IMG/VR virus record: IMGVR_UViG_3300037264_007739
Location: 9,098-73,097 of that record
Source of the DNA: a virus
Length of the DNA stretch: 64,000 nucleotides
Direction: 5' to 3' (one strand)
Shown here piece after piece: positions 27,930 to 37,700 of the stretch. Position 1 is the stretch's first letter. The number at the start of each line of letters is the position of its first letter. The position numbers and the translations under genes were made by a program. The notes beneath the pieces were generated by a model. It searched no databases. It was not told the DNA's origin and worked only from the letters and a program-made list of their open reading frames with translations.

Positions 27930-27988
27930 GTTTTCTTCTCCATGAATAGTTCGACGTAGCCATGATCCAGAACATCGATCCTTGTCAT
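27926..27988 (-). pseudogene. thyX: thyX 5' remnant (MTRIDVLDHGYVELFMEKKT*)
   Basis: GAGGG RBS; IDVLDHGYVEL resembles the conserved N-terminus of flavin-dependent thymidylate synthase; rest of gene absent. Confidence 0.55.
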
Positions 27989-27997
27989 GTCATCCCT

Positions 27998-28273
27998 CTA
28001 TTCAAAATCACCGCAACTCAGAAAAAAGCCGCAGCCTTCAGTTTTGCAAGTCAGCTTGCATTTGTGTTTGGTGAGCACCTCTCCGCAGTTGGGACACCGA
28101 GCTTGCTCTCCGAAGATCTGCTCGCGCCAGGCAAGGAGCTTTTTCGCGAACTCGGCGCGCTCGCCTTCAAGGCGAAGATGCTTCGGGGTCTTCGGGTCGA
28201 GCGCGACCCGAATGAGCATTGTCGGCGTCGAAGCAAGCCGCGTCTCGAAGTCGTCTGTGGGAACGGGCTTCAC
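27998..28273 (-). CDS. Zn-finger hypothetical protein
   Basis: 'CPNCG...KCKLTC...CGFFLSC'. Confidence 0.55.
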   Translation of the reverse strand: MKPVPTDDFETRLASTPTMLIRVALDPKTPKHLRLEGERAEFAKKLLAWREQIFGEQARCPNCGEVLTKHKCKLTCKTEGCGFFLSCGDFE

Positions 28274-29208
28274 GATCGAGCTTCCTCCTTCGAGAGCTGG
28301 CGCGAGAGCTTCCGCTTCACCGAGGTGATCGCTAGCTTCAGGACGTCGAAGTCGGCGAGCGCCTTCGTGTCGCCGTTCATGATGAAGTCTATGAGCCCGA
28401 TCGCGACCTGCACTTCCTTCCCACGCTTGTCGTAGAACTCGAGCTCTTCCTTGAGGAGCTTGAGCTCGCGGCGCCCCCAGGTCTTCTTGCGCTCCGGCGG
28501 GGTGTAGTCGTGCCCGTTCTGCTGGGCCTTCACGACGTCTTTCACCTCGTGGTTCTTGGTCGCGCTGTTCTCTTTGAGCTTGACGAGAACGGCCTCTTGC
28601 TCTTCGCGCGGGACTTCGGCGAGTGCGTCGATCGAACCGATGGGCACTTCACCGGAATCGATCGCCTTCTGCGCCGCCGCCGACAGGTTGAGGAAGCGCA
28701 GGAGACTTGCGATGCGCTTCGGGCTCATGCCGCACGCCTTGGCGATCTCCTCGTTCGAGCGCCCGAGCTTGTTCACGGCGCGCACCTTCCACGCGAGCGA
28801 CTTCACCGACTCGTTCTTTCGGTGCGCGTTCTCGGCGATCGCGATGAGGAGCATGTCGGCGTCGTCGCCGTGGACGAACGTCACCGGGATCTTCGCCGCC
28901 TCGGTGCCCTTGCCACGACGCGTGTTCGCCTCGATCAGGTGTCGCGTGCGCCGGCGTCCAGCGATGACCTGAACGATGAGCTTGCCACCCGAGACGCCGT
29001 TGTCGCGGCAGACGATCGGCTGGAGCACGCCGCGCTCCATGATGTCGAGGACGAGCGCTTCGTCGAGCGGGTCCTCGGCGCGAGGATCGTAGAGCACGTG
29101 CGTCTTGTCCGTAATGATCGTGAGCGCCTCCGGGTCGACGTACGTGATCGTCCCTCGGCTTGCGTCCACCCCTGCATCCTTCAACTTGTCGGCTATCGAC
29201 TTGGCCAA
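28270..29208 (-). CDS. ParB/Srx-domain protein
   Basis: 'GVLQPIV', 'IAGRRR', 'AIAENAHR', HTH 'NEEIAKACGMS'. Confidence 0.85.
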   Translation of the reverse strand: MAKSIADKLKDAGVDASRGTITYVDPEALTIITDKTHVLYDPRAEDPLDEALVLDIMERGVLQPIVCRDNGVSGGKLIVQVIAGRRRTRHLIEANTRRGKGTEAAKIPVTFVHGDDADMLLIAIAENAHRKNESVKSLAWKVRAVNKLGRSNEEIAKACGMSPKRIASLLRFLNLSAAAQKAIDSGEVPIGSIDALAEVPREEQEAVLVKLKENSATKNHEVKDVVKAQQNGHDYTPPERKKTWGRRELKLLKEELEFYDKRGKEVQVAIGLIDFIMNGDTKALADFDVLKLAITSVKRKLSRQLSKEEARS

Positions 29209-29221
29209 GATGTCATCCCTC

Positions 29222-29395
29222 CTATTGGATCACCGCGAGCCGACTGCGCTTCGACTCTATGATCTGTTTTTCATCCTTCGAGTACGCGGTCTCTTGAAGC
29301 TGCTCGACTTTGGATTTCGCCTTTTCGATTTCGGCTCCGGGCTTTCGCTTCGGTTCCTTCTTTGCCTTTCGTTCATTCCACGTGGTTTCGCTCAT
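29222..29395 (-). CDS. Small basic protein
   Basis: GAGG RBS, ATGA overlap. Confidence 0.45.
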   Translation of the reverse strand: MSETTWNERKAKKEPKRKPGAEIEKAKSKVEQLQETAYSKDEKQIIESKRSRLAVIQ

Positions 29396-29925
29396 CCCTC
29401 GTCCTCGCCGATTGCGCGGATCGTCTCGATGAGGCTCCCGTCCTTGTCGAGCACGACCTGGTTCTCGTGCAGAAGCTCGAGCCGCTGTTCTTTCGTCAGA
29501 TGGTGCACGGTCATCTTGCTGTTCACGACGAGGTACTGGATCTTGGCCCCGGTCTCTTTGAAGTGATCCTGCGAGAGCGCGTAGAGACTTCGACGGAAGA
29601 GACGGAGCTGCCGCTCGGGCACGGCGTCCTCGATCGCCAGGATCACCACGTCGCCATGCTGTGGCTGCACGTGGTGGATGATGGTTTGGATCATGACGCT
29701 CTGGCCTCTCGGCAATGACTTGTCTGGTTGAACCAAGTCGCAATCCTTGCTGTGCTTCCCCTGCGCGGCGTCGCAGTTACAGACCTTGTTGCGGACGACG
29801 AGGTCGATCGCTGTGTTTCGTGCCGTCGCCTTTCGACGCGTCACCGTTGGGTCATCCCCGAGCGATGATGATTTCACAGTCCGGCTCGTGCTCACCGCCG
29901 GGACATTCTTTCTTGCCTTCGGCAC
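29392..29925 (-). CDS. Hypothetical protein
   Basis: 177-aa ORF with GAGG RBS. Confidence 0.55.
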   Translation of the reverse strand: MPKARKNVPAVSTSRTVKSSSLGDDPTVTRRKATARNTAIDLVVRNKVCNCDAAQGKHSKDCDLVQPDKSLPRGQSVMIQTIIHHVQPQHGDVVILAIEDAVPERQLRLFRRSLYALSQDHFKETGAKIQYLVVNSKMTVHHLTKEQRLELLHENQVVLDKDGSLIETIRAIGEDEG

Positions 29926-29927
29926 GT

Positions 29928-30137
29928 TTACCTCGTCCCAAACGGTGCTGGGAGCTCCAGCTCGATCGGCTCAGCGATGATCGCTTTGAGCTCGTCGCCG
30001 TCGATCCAGGTTTTCTTGATCCCCGCGAGCGGCTTTTTCTCGAAGCGTTTCTGCGCCGATTCGATCGCCTCCTGCGTGATGAAGTCGCCCGTGTAGCCTC
30101 GGTGACCAACTTTCATGAGCGTGACCTCGTACTCCAC
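29928..30137 (-). CDS. Hypothetical protein
   Basis: GAGG RBS, packed ORF. Confidence 0.5.
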   Translation of the reverse strand: MEYEVTLMKVGHRGYTGDFITQEAIESAQKRFEKKPLAGIKKTWIDGDELKAIIAEPIELELPAPFGTR

Positions 30138-30139
30138 AG

Positions 30140-32800
30140 CTACCTCTCGATCACGAGCCAGCCGGCTGGGACTTCGTCCTTGCGCACGCCGCAGACCATC
30201 GCCTGCGTGAGCGCGCCGGTGTCGACGGCCTCCTTGATCTTCGCGAGGAGCGTCTGGAGGTTCTCAGGACTCGAGTGAAACGGCCCCAAGTCCTCGTCGT
30301 CGAGGGTGAGGAATCGCGCCGGGGCGCCCTCAGTCCACGCGAGCGCGAGCGCGACGAGAAGGCTTGCTTTCTCAGCGCCGCACATCGTGTGCCGGTTGTG
30401 GGGCCGGTTGTCGGCGCCGATCGATCGCCACTCGCAACCGCCGCCCGAGAGATCGAGCTTCGCCGTGAAGCCGACCGGCATATACTTGTTGACCGCCGTC
30501 TCGGCGCCGACCGCGACCTGCTGGAGCAAGTTTTGGAGGAGCGTCTCGGCCTCCTTCTCGAGCACCTTGGCGATTGCTTGCTCGTTCCGCTTCTCGCGGA
30601 TCGTGGTCTCGAGCTGCGCCGTCATCGTGCGCATGTTCTCGGTCTCGCGGAGCGTGTCGATCTTCGCCTTGATGCTCGCGCTCGACTCCGAGATCGCCGC
30701 TGGCGCCGATGCGAGCACCTGCTGGAGCGCTTGGATTCGAGCCTGTGTCGTGGCCGCCGATCCTTTCAGGATGCCGCGCTTCGTGTCGTGACTCCCCTTC
30801 GCGCGGTCGTAGGACGACTTCTCCTGCGTGAGGCGGTCCTTCGTCTGCGCAATGTTCTGGTCGATCGTCCGAATACGCGCCTGGAGCTGCTCATGTGCCG
30901 GTCCGCGTTCTTGGATGATGGCGGCGAGCTTGTTTCGACACGCGACGGGGTCGATCTCGACGTCGAGGATCGGGAACGTCGTCGCGCTCGCTTGGATCAT
31001 CGCCGCAAAGATGTCGTCGAGCGCTTGGATCCGCTTCAGTCTTGGTGCGAGAAGCGCGGCCTCGTCGACGAACTTCTGGCGCTCGACGTTCGCGTCGGCG
31101 ATCGCGCCGTTCATGACCTGATCGAGCTGGGTGAATTTCTCGCCCCACTGCACGATCTCGCTATCCTGGCGGAGAAACTCGTTCGCCTGCGTCTCGAGGC
31201 CGGCGTACTCCTGCTCGGAAAGCTGGAGCTGCCGGCGTGTGCTCTCGAGGTTCTCGTACGCAACCGCCGCCTTGAATTGCTCCTCGAGCTGCGGGATGAG
31301 CTCGGCACCGGCAGCGGCCTCGGCGAGCTTCGTCTGCGCTTCCTTGAGCTGCTTGTCCGCCGCGTTTGCTTCCTTCCCGAGCGCGAGCTTCTTGGACGCC
31401 ATCACGCGGTTCATCTCGGAGAGGATCTCGGAGGCGTCGCTCGTCTTCGCCGCGACTTCTTCGATCGTCGTGCGCCAGAAGATCGTCTGATCGGAGTTGA
31501 GCCCCTTCGGCATCGGCACGCCTGCTTGATGCGCGGTGACACCGTGGCCGAAGCGCTGAAAGATCGCGCGCCGTGCCTTCACGTCGCCGACGAGGAAGTT
31601 CTTCATCGTCGTCGCAGGAAGCGCTCGGTCTCGGGCTTCCTGCCCGTCGAGCACCTTGAGTGCGCCAAAGTATTCGGGCTTCTCGGGCGGCTTCTTGCCG
31701 TCCTTCACCTCGTAGTGCGCCGACCCTGTCGTCGAGATCAGCATCGAGGAGATCTCATCGGCGCCCTCGGGCGCGTACTCCATGTAGTCCTGCGCGTGAA
31801 CGCAGCCGGGCGCCTTGCCGGTGATTCCCATCTCGAAGGCGACGCGCGTCGCTGTCTTGCCGCGACGATTCCCACCGCAGACCGCCATGAGCGGCGCCAG
31901 GGCTACATCACCGTGGAGCCCCTTCAGGTTCGCCTTCATCGAATTGAAAGGCTCGATCTTCGCGGGCGCAGCCGATGTTTGAATCCCGCCGACGCTCGGC
32001 GTGAAGCCAACGCCGAGACCGAGCGGTGTCCCCATGAGGTTCGTGCCGACGTTGCCGACGTGCGCGGGCGGCGCGTGACCGTTGCCGGCCCCGTTGCTCG
32101 CAGGCGCAGCCGTCACTGGTGCGCCGAAGCCGAACGGGTCGTCCGCCGTCGCGATGGCTTCACGGTCCTGTTCGATATCGGTCTCGTCGGTCAGAACAAC
32201 GCCTTCGCCTTCGTTGATCGACACGGGATCGGTCTTCGACTTCTTGGTGCTCACGGTCTTTCGTTTCGCCATGGTCATCCCTCTCTTTTCTGCTTCTGCT
32301 TTTGCGTCCCACGGTCGCATTCGCGGACCGTCGGGCGGTGGGTTCGGTGTGTAGATTACGACTGCGCTCGGGAACGTCGCCCCGCTCTCGGCGCCCTCGA
32401 ATTGAATGCGGCCCTTGATGAGCCGGACCTCGGTGGCGCCGTCGACGACATGTGAAAACCACCATTGAGTGTCGGGCCGCGCCGGCACGAGCATGATGAC
32501 GACGCCCGGATGCGCGCGAACTTCGGCTTTGGCTTTTGCCATCCACGCGCCGATGCCACGTCCATATGGAGGATTCACAAATACACTGAGTATATCGCCA
32601 GCGCTCAGGTTCGATGGACCGAGCCACGGCTGCACGAGCGCGTCGTCTTTCTCGGTCCAAAAGAGCGAGCACTTCGCGTTTTCGGGCGACGCCGCCGCGT
32701 CGAGATCGAAGGAAAACTCGAGATGGAGAAGACTGAAGAGCCACGACGGCGTCGCCCAGTCCATTTTCTCGCTCGAAGTGAGCACGGCGTGACCCTTCAT
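30140..32800 (-). CDS. Phage N6-adenine DNA methyltransferase fused in frame to an SMC/Rad50/SbcC-like ATPase (internal start likely at 32272)
   Basis: MTase 'W.TP', 'FDLDAAA', 'NPPY'; ATPase Walker A 'GGNRRGKT', long coiled coil, signature 'CGAEK', Walker B 'LTLDDE'. Confidence 0.8.
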   Translation of the reverse strand: MKGHAVLTSSEKMDWATPSWLFSLLHLEFSFDLDAAASPENAKCSLFWTEKDDALVQPWLGPSNLSAGDILSVFVNPPYGRGIGAWMAKAKAEVRAHPGVVIMLVPARPDTQWWFSHVVDGATEVRLIKGRIQFEGAESGATFPSAVVIYTPNPPPDGPRMRPWDAKAEAEKRGMTMAKRKTVSTKKSKTDPVSINEGEGVVLTDETDIEQDREAIATADDPFGFGAPVTAAPASNGAGNGHAPPAHVGNVGTNLMGTPLGLGVGFTPSVGGIQTSAAPAKIEPFNSMKANLKGLHGDVALAPLMAVCGGNRRGKTATRVAFEMGITGKAPGCVHAQDYMEYAPEGADEISSMLISTTGSAHYEVKDGKKPPEKPEYFGALKVLDGQEARDRALPATTMKNFLVGDVKARRAIFQRFGHGVTAHQAGVPMPKGLNSDQTIFWRTTIEEVAAKTSDASEILSEMNRVMASKKLALGKEANAADKQLKEAQTKLAEAAAGAELIPQLEEQFKAAVAYENLESTRRQLQLSEQEYAGLETQANEFLRQDSEIVQWGEKFTQLDQVMNGAIADANVERQKFVDEAALLAPRLKRIQALDDIFAAMIQASATTFPILDVEIDPVACRNKLAAIIQERGPAHEQLQARIRTIDQNIAQTKDRLTQEKSSYDRAKGSHDTKRGILKGSAATTQARIQALQQVLASAPAAISESSASIKAKIDTLRETENMRTMTAQLETTIREKRNEQAIAKVLEKEAETLLQNLLQQVAVGAETAVNKYMPVGFTAKLDLSGGGCEWRSIGADNRPHNRHTMCGAEKASLLVALALAWTEGAPARFLTLDDEDLGPFHSSPENLQTLLAKIKEAVDTGALTQAMVCGVRKDEVPAGWLVIER

Positions 32801-32810
32801 CGAAGTCTCC

Positions 32811-33107
32811 CTATTTCGCCTGTCTCAAGATCGTTCGCAGATCTCCGACGTTCTCTGCGTTCTGCATGACTACGATGTCCATCCATGACGCCAAGCCGAG
32901 CCAGCCCGCAATCGCGTTGCTCGCGCGGTAAATCATCTCGCGGTCCCGAATGTTCTTCGGATCGTTTCCGTAGTGCGACCGCACCACAGCGAGCACCATT
33001 CAGAGACTTCCGTCGCGGCGGACGGCCCCTTTTCGGCTATCGAGAATCGCAGCCTTCGCAGCCTTCTTGTCTTTTGCCGTGAGCTTGAGTGTTGCCTCGC
33101 GGTTCAT
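32811..33107 (-). CDS. Two short in-frame ORFs (or one gene) split by a TGA at 33000-33002
   Basis: MNREAT...RRDGSL*MVLAVVRSHY... in one frame. Confidence 0.4.
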
Positions 33108-33403
33108 CAGTAGCCTCTCAGTCCCTTCGAGCCGCCGTAGAGGCTCTCAGCGATCCCGTGGACCATCGTCCGAATCAGCTCGATCTTGTGGTCGGCAATG
33201 CTTGCGGCTTGCACTGCCGCGTTGACCGCGCTCTTGATCTTTTCGTACTTCTCATCGGGGAGCACGAGCGGTACGAGGATCTCTTCGTCGAGAACCTTTG
33301 CGAGCTCGGAGACCGCGAGCGAGAACTCGCTATGGTACGACTGCGTGATCTCGTGGATGTACGAAGGATTGAACTCCTTCGGTTGCTCGAGAACAAATTG
33401 CAT
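33107..33403 (-). CDS. Hypothetical protein
   Basis: GGAGG RBS then MQFVLEQ. Confidence 0.5.
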   Translation of the reverse strand: MQFVLEQPKEFNPSYIHEITQSYHSEFSLAVSELAKVLDEEILVPLVLPDEKYEKIKSAVNAAVQAASIADHKIELIRTMVHGIAESLYGGSKGLRGY

Positions 33404-33735
33404 CAGCCCTCCGCCTCGACATTGCCGGAGACGATCTGCCCGACCGCCATCCCGATCTCGAGGAGCTCCTCGGCGGTGTACTTCGAGCGCTCTTCGGGCG
33501 TGCCGAAGAACGGGTGCTCGGCGCCCCAGAACTCGTAGATGCGCTTGGCGACCTCGAGCGAGTAGTACCCGCTCGCGTAGCCGAGATGCTCCTTGATCAC
33601 CGCTTCGGCGTGATCGCGTTCGACGCCGGTCGCTGCCATCACGAGGCCGATCTCGTGCTCGAACCACTTGGTGGCGTCTTCCTTCGATGTGCAGCGCAGC
33701 GCACCGCGCTCGAACCATGACTTGAGATTCATCAT
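33403..33735 (-). CDS. Hypothetical protein
   Basis: 110 aa, 'LGYASGYY...AEHPFFG'. Confidence 0.6.
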   Translation of the reverse strand: MMNLKSWFERGALRCTSKEDATKWFEHEIGLVMAATGVERDHAEAVIKEHLGYASGYYSLEVAKRIYEFWGAEHPFFGTPEERSKYTAEELLEIGMAVGQIVSGNVEAEG

Positions 33736-34313
33736 CGATTGCTCTCCTCTTTGACGTGATTCCGAATCGACGGCCAGCTCATGAGCCGAAGCAACTTCGT
33801 GGCGCTGCCGTTCGGTGTTTGGTTGTACGAAGCGTCGAACAGAAAGGCGCGCTCGTATGCGTTCGCCGCGCTCGTCCAGCGGTGCGCCCAGGCTTCGACC
33901 GTCTCGAGCTTGTCGTCGATGAGTAGGTCGCCGTGGACACGCGCCTTCTTATTGCCGGGCACGGACATCATGTGGTCGTGCGAGATGTCGAAGTGCTTCT
34001 TGAGCCACGCACGACGGACGCCCTCCCAGTCCTTGCAGGAGTGGAATGGTGCGGTGATTGCGACGACCTCGTAGCCGATCTCGCGCAGGTGCTCGACGCC
34101 CTCACGCGCGCCATCGAGAACGGGGATCGCGAGCCACCAGTCCGGGTCGTGCCAGAGCTTCTTGAGCTCGGCTTTTTCCTTTTCATCGAGATAGTCGCGG
34201 ATCTCCCAGGTGACGATCTCGCTCGGCTTCACCCGTCCGCCGACGCAAGTGAGCGTGTGCGGCGTGAAGGCGGCGAGTACGCCGTCGACGTCGATGAGTG
34301 CGGTGCGGTTCAT
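33732..34313 (-). CDS. 5'(3')-deoxyribonucleotidase (HAD, NT5C-like)
   Basis: 'IDVDGVL', 'ITAP', 'K...GDLLIDD', 'YN'. Confidence 0.88.
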   Translation of the reverse strand: MNRTALIDVDGVLAAFTPHTLTCVGGRVKPSEIVTWEIRDYLDEKEKAELKKLWHDPDWWLAIPVLDGAREGVEHLREIGYEVVAITAPFHSCKDWEGVRRAWLKKHFDISHDHMMSVPGNKKARVHGDLLIDDKLETVEAWAHRWTSAANAYERAFLFDASYNQTPNGSATKLLRLMSWPSIRNHVKEESNR

Positions 34314-34507
34314 TCTGAGTCCTCTTCTCCCCGATTCGGCAGCCCGTGGTTTGCGTATCCAGTTTCGACAAGCGACTTGAGCTGATCGAATACGCGCTCT
34401 GCGTCTTCATCGAGGCTCACATTGAACGTGAATGCGCCGTCGTTGGGGTCCAAGTAGTCGATGCCGATGCATGAGCCCTTACGCCAAAGCGACTTGAAAT
34501 TATCCAT
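34310..34507 (-). CDS. Hypothetical protein
   Basis: GAGGAG RBS, coupled ORF. Confidence 0.5.
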   Translation of the reverse strand: MDNFKSLWRKGSCIGIDYLDPNDGAFTFNVSLDEDAERVFDQLKSLVETGYANHGLPNRGEEDSE

Positions 34508-34736
34508 CCGTCTCCTCCTCTTGATGGGTGAAGATGCTCGGCGGCGTAATCGTGCACCGTGCGTCGTTGAGTCCGTCGGCGATGAGTTGCGCGAGATCGA
34601 CGGACTTCAGATCAGGCCGCACGTAGCGTCCGACGACGAAGTACCCGTCACCGCAGAAGGCGAGGATCCTCTCGTCGTTCCTGAGATCAGGAATCCGACG
34701 AGCGGTCTCGTCCATCTTCACGACCCGGGCACTCAT
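34500..34736 (-). CDS. Hypothetical protein
   Basis: ATGA overlap with the polymerase stop. Confidence 0.45.
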   Translation of the reverse strand: MSARVVKMDETARRIPDLRNDERILAFCGDGYFVVGRYVRPDLKSVDLAQLIADGLNDARCTITPPSIFTHQEEETDG

Positions 34737-37700
34737 GCGTTGTCCGCCAAGTTTCTCGAGGCTTTGGCTTCAGCAAAGATCGGCATCTTCCACCCGTCGG
34801 CGCACGTCATCTCGGTGCGCATGCACTTGTTGAAGATCTTGATCGTCTCGTCGGCACGCTCTTCGGGCACGAACGCCGCGAGGTAGTCGTGGATGTCCAT
34901 GCAGAGCCCCGTGTAGCGCGACCACTTGCCGAACGGGATCTCCTCGTGGAGCCGCAGGATCGCTTCGTTCTTGATCTCGCCGGCCGCGCCTTGGATCTCG
35001 TGGTTGGGCGGCGCGTTCTTCTTGTTGGGCCCGCCAACGAAGAAGCGCTTGCGCTGCGACATGATCGGCGTCATCGCGTAGCCGTTGCGCCGAACGAAGT
35101 CGTGCACGCGACGGTGCCACCGCTTCGTCTCGGGGTGGCGCTTCTCCCAGCGCTCCTCCCACTCGGCGACGCGGGATGGCTGAAGGTTCGGGAAGACGCG
35201 CTTGCCGGTCGCCTTGTCGCGCTCGGAGCTCATCGCGGAGAAGAGCTTGTCTTCCTCGCCGCCGTAATTCTTCAAGTAACACACGCGTTTTGCGACCGTG
35301 CGGATGTACTTCATCTCGGACTTCTCGTCCTTGGTGCCGTAGAAGTGCTTCCGCATGAACTCGCCGTAGAGCGGCATGATGTCGCTCTCGTGCTCGGCCA
35401 TGATCGTCGCCGCGTTGAGGCAGTGCGGGTCGGAGTGATCCTTCCCGTTCACGACGAGCGTCTCCTTGAAGGACCGCAGGACGTACTGATCGTCGGCGAC
35501 GACGCCGTAGATTCGGAGCTCGATCTGCTCGTAGTCGGCGCCGACGATCACGTGCCCTGGGGGCGCGATGATCATCTTGCGCATGTTCGTAGGCTTGCCG
35601 TCGACGGTCCATCCACGCGATGGCCAGTTCTGGATCGTGGGTTCGCAGACCCAGCGGCCTCCTGGAATTACATGAATTTTCCACGTCACCGGCATCCACG
35701 AGATCTCGGGACGCGCCGGTAGGATCTCGGCGTTGTCGATGATGACGGGGTCGAGCTGCCCGAGGCACGCGAGGAAAGCGCGCATCGCCTTCACGTCACC
35801 CTTCCAGGTGATCGTCTCGTCGTGCATCACGGTCCAGTCGTAGTGGACCTTGAGGTTGTCGATGTACGACCCTCGTAGCTTGTCGCACGCTCTGAACTCG
35901 AGCTCGGCGTTGATGAACTGCTCGGCCTGGTCGTCGACGCCGAAGTCGAGGAGCTTCATCAGTGACGGCGTCGATGACGAAGCATCGTCGCCGGGCTCCC
36001 ATTCGTAGCCTTCGGTGTTGAGCGGCGGCGCATAGCCCTTCTGCCCGTAGAGGAAGTCTTTCACCTGCGGCGGCGAGCGCGGGTTGAAGTCGTTGCGCGC
36101 GACGATCGTGCGGATCTTGTCTGTGAGCCCTCGGGTGATCTTGTTGAACTTGAGGGAGAGGTCGCCGCGCTCCTTCTCGTCGATGAAGAGGCCGAGGCGC
36201 CCCATGTCGCGCGCGATCGGCGCGAGGTTCGAGTCGAGGCGGAACTGCGGCACGTTGCCGCACTCGACGATGCGGTTCTCGATGATTGGCTGGATCCGCA
36301 TTGTGATCAGCACGTCTTTTGAGTTGTAGAGGTGTAGATCGCTGTCCTTCTCGGTGTTCTCGTCAGCTTTGTGGTCAACGTCGTGCTTCCAGAGAGGCGC
36401 CTCGGTGAATTGTCGGGCGCAGAATCCAAGGTCGTGTGGAAGGTCGTTGGAGTCGGTGTTCTTTTGCCCGACCATCGTGTCGAACCAGATCTTCGACACG
36501 TCGGTCATGAGGCCGAGACGGAGAAGAACGCCGGTGTCGAAGAGCCCGTTGTGGAATGTCAGGTGGCACGTGTCGATCGCGCGCCGAATGGCGTCCTCGA
36601 CGCGCGTTCGATGCGACCGGTTCCGCCAGAACTCGCGGCCGGAGCGCCACAGGAGCGGGGCAGAGATGACGCGCTCTTGTTGTCCAATCAGAGACGAAAC
36701 GGTCATGCCCATGCCGACGACGCGGATGAGGCACCGAACGCCGATCGAATCGGTCTCGATGTCGACGGTGAGCCGCGCGACGCCGGCGTTCGCTACGAAC
36801 CACGCCGAGTGCTCTTCGATAATCCGTACGCGGGTCTCGTCGTCCTCGGGCCATTTCTCGAAGTAGGCGAAGTTCGGCTCGTGCCAGTCGATCTTGTTTC
36901 CGCGCTTGGCGATATGCGCTGCCCGAGCGATGTTGTCGCGGACGACCTGCGTGTACTGCCGATTGTTCCGCATCGCGAACGCAGGATGCAGTGATGAGGC
37001 GAGGATCGTTCCGTCTGGCATGACAGCCGGTGAGCCGTGCTGCCCCTTGATCGTGGAGAGCACGGTGTTGCCCCTGGTGCTCCTGACGTTCAGCCCGTAG
37101 GAGACGCCATAGTGATGCGCCATCGCGCGCAGAGCCTTGCCGCCGACGGCGAGCACGGTCTTCGACGCCGAGACGTTCATCTCGTAGAGCAGACGCGGCG
37201 CGCAGGCTTCGAGCGGCGAGATCTTTCGTTCAGGTGGTGGAAGACCGCGTTTCTCGGCGTCCTCGCACGCCTTCTTGTGAGCACGTGTCAGCTTCTCGAG
37301 GTAGTCGTCGAAGTCCTCTGGTGGTTGGCAGAGAATTGTGTTCGTGATCGTGCAGTCGTTCCGCGCGAGACCGCCCTGCGCGAGTGATTGATCGAGCTCG
37401 ACTCCGCTTGCTCCACAGTTATGCACCACGAAGCCGTTTGCGATAAATGTTCCGGCCGTAGTCTGAATATCGACGACCTCTCTGGCGCCGTGTGTATCCT
37501 TCGACAGGACTTCCGATTCGCTGAGTCGCGCCTCTGGTGGGCGTGATCCGAGCATTCGGACGAGATCGTTCAAGAGCCGCGTCGGCCGTGTGACGCCAAG
37601 GAACCTCAGAGAGGCATTGAACCCACCAGCAATGTGCCGGCGTGCGCAGACGACGCCGTTCTTCCTAGACTCCTCCTTCGCGCGAAGGGAGAAACCGAGA

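Noticed and set aside
30275-32455. Long antisense ORFs (726 aa here; also 17064-18476 and 44068-45543)
   Set aside because: Shadow frames typical of high-GC coding DNA; no motifs, and they lie opposite well-supported genes
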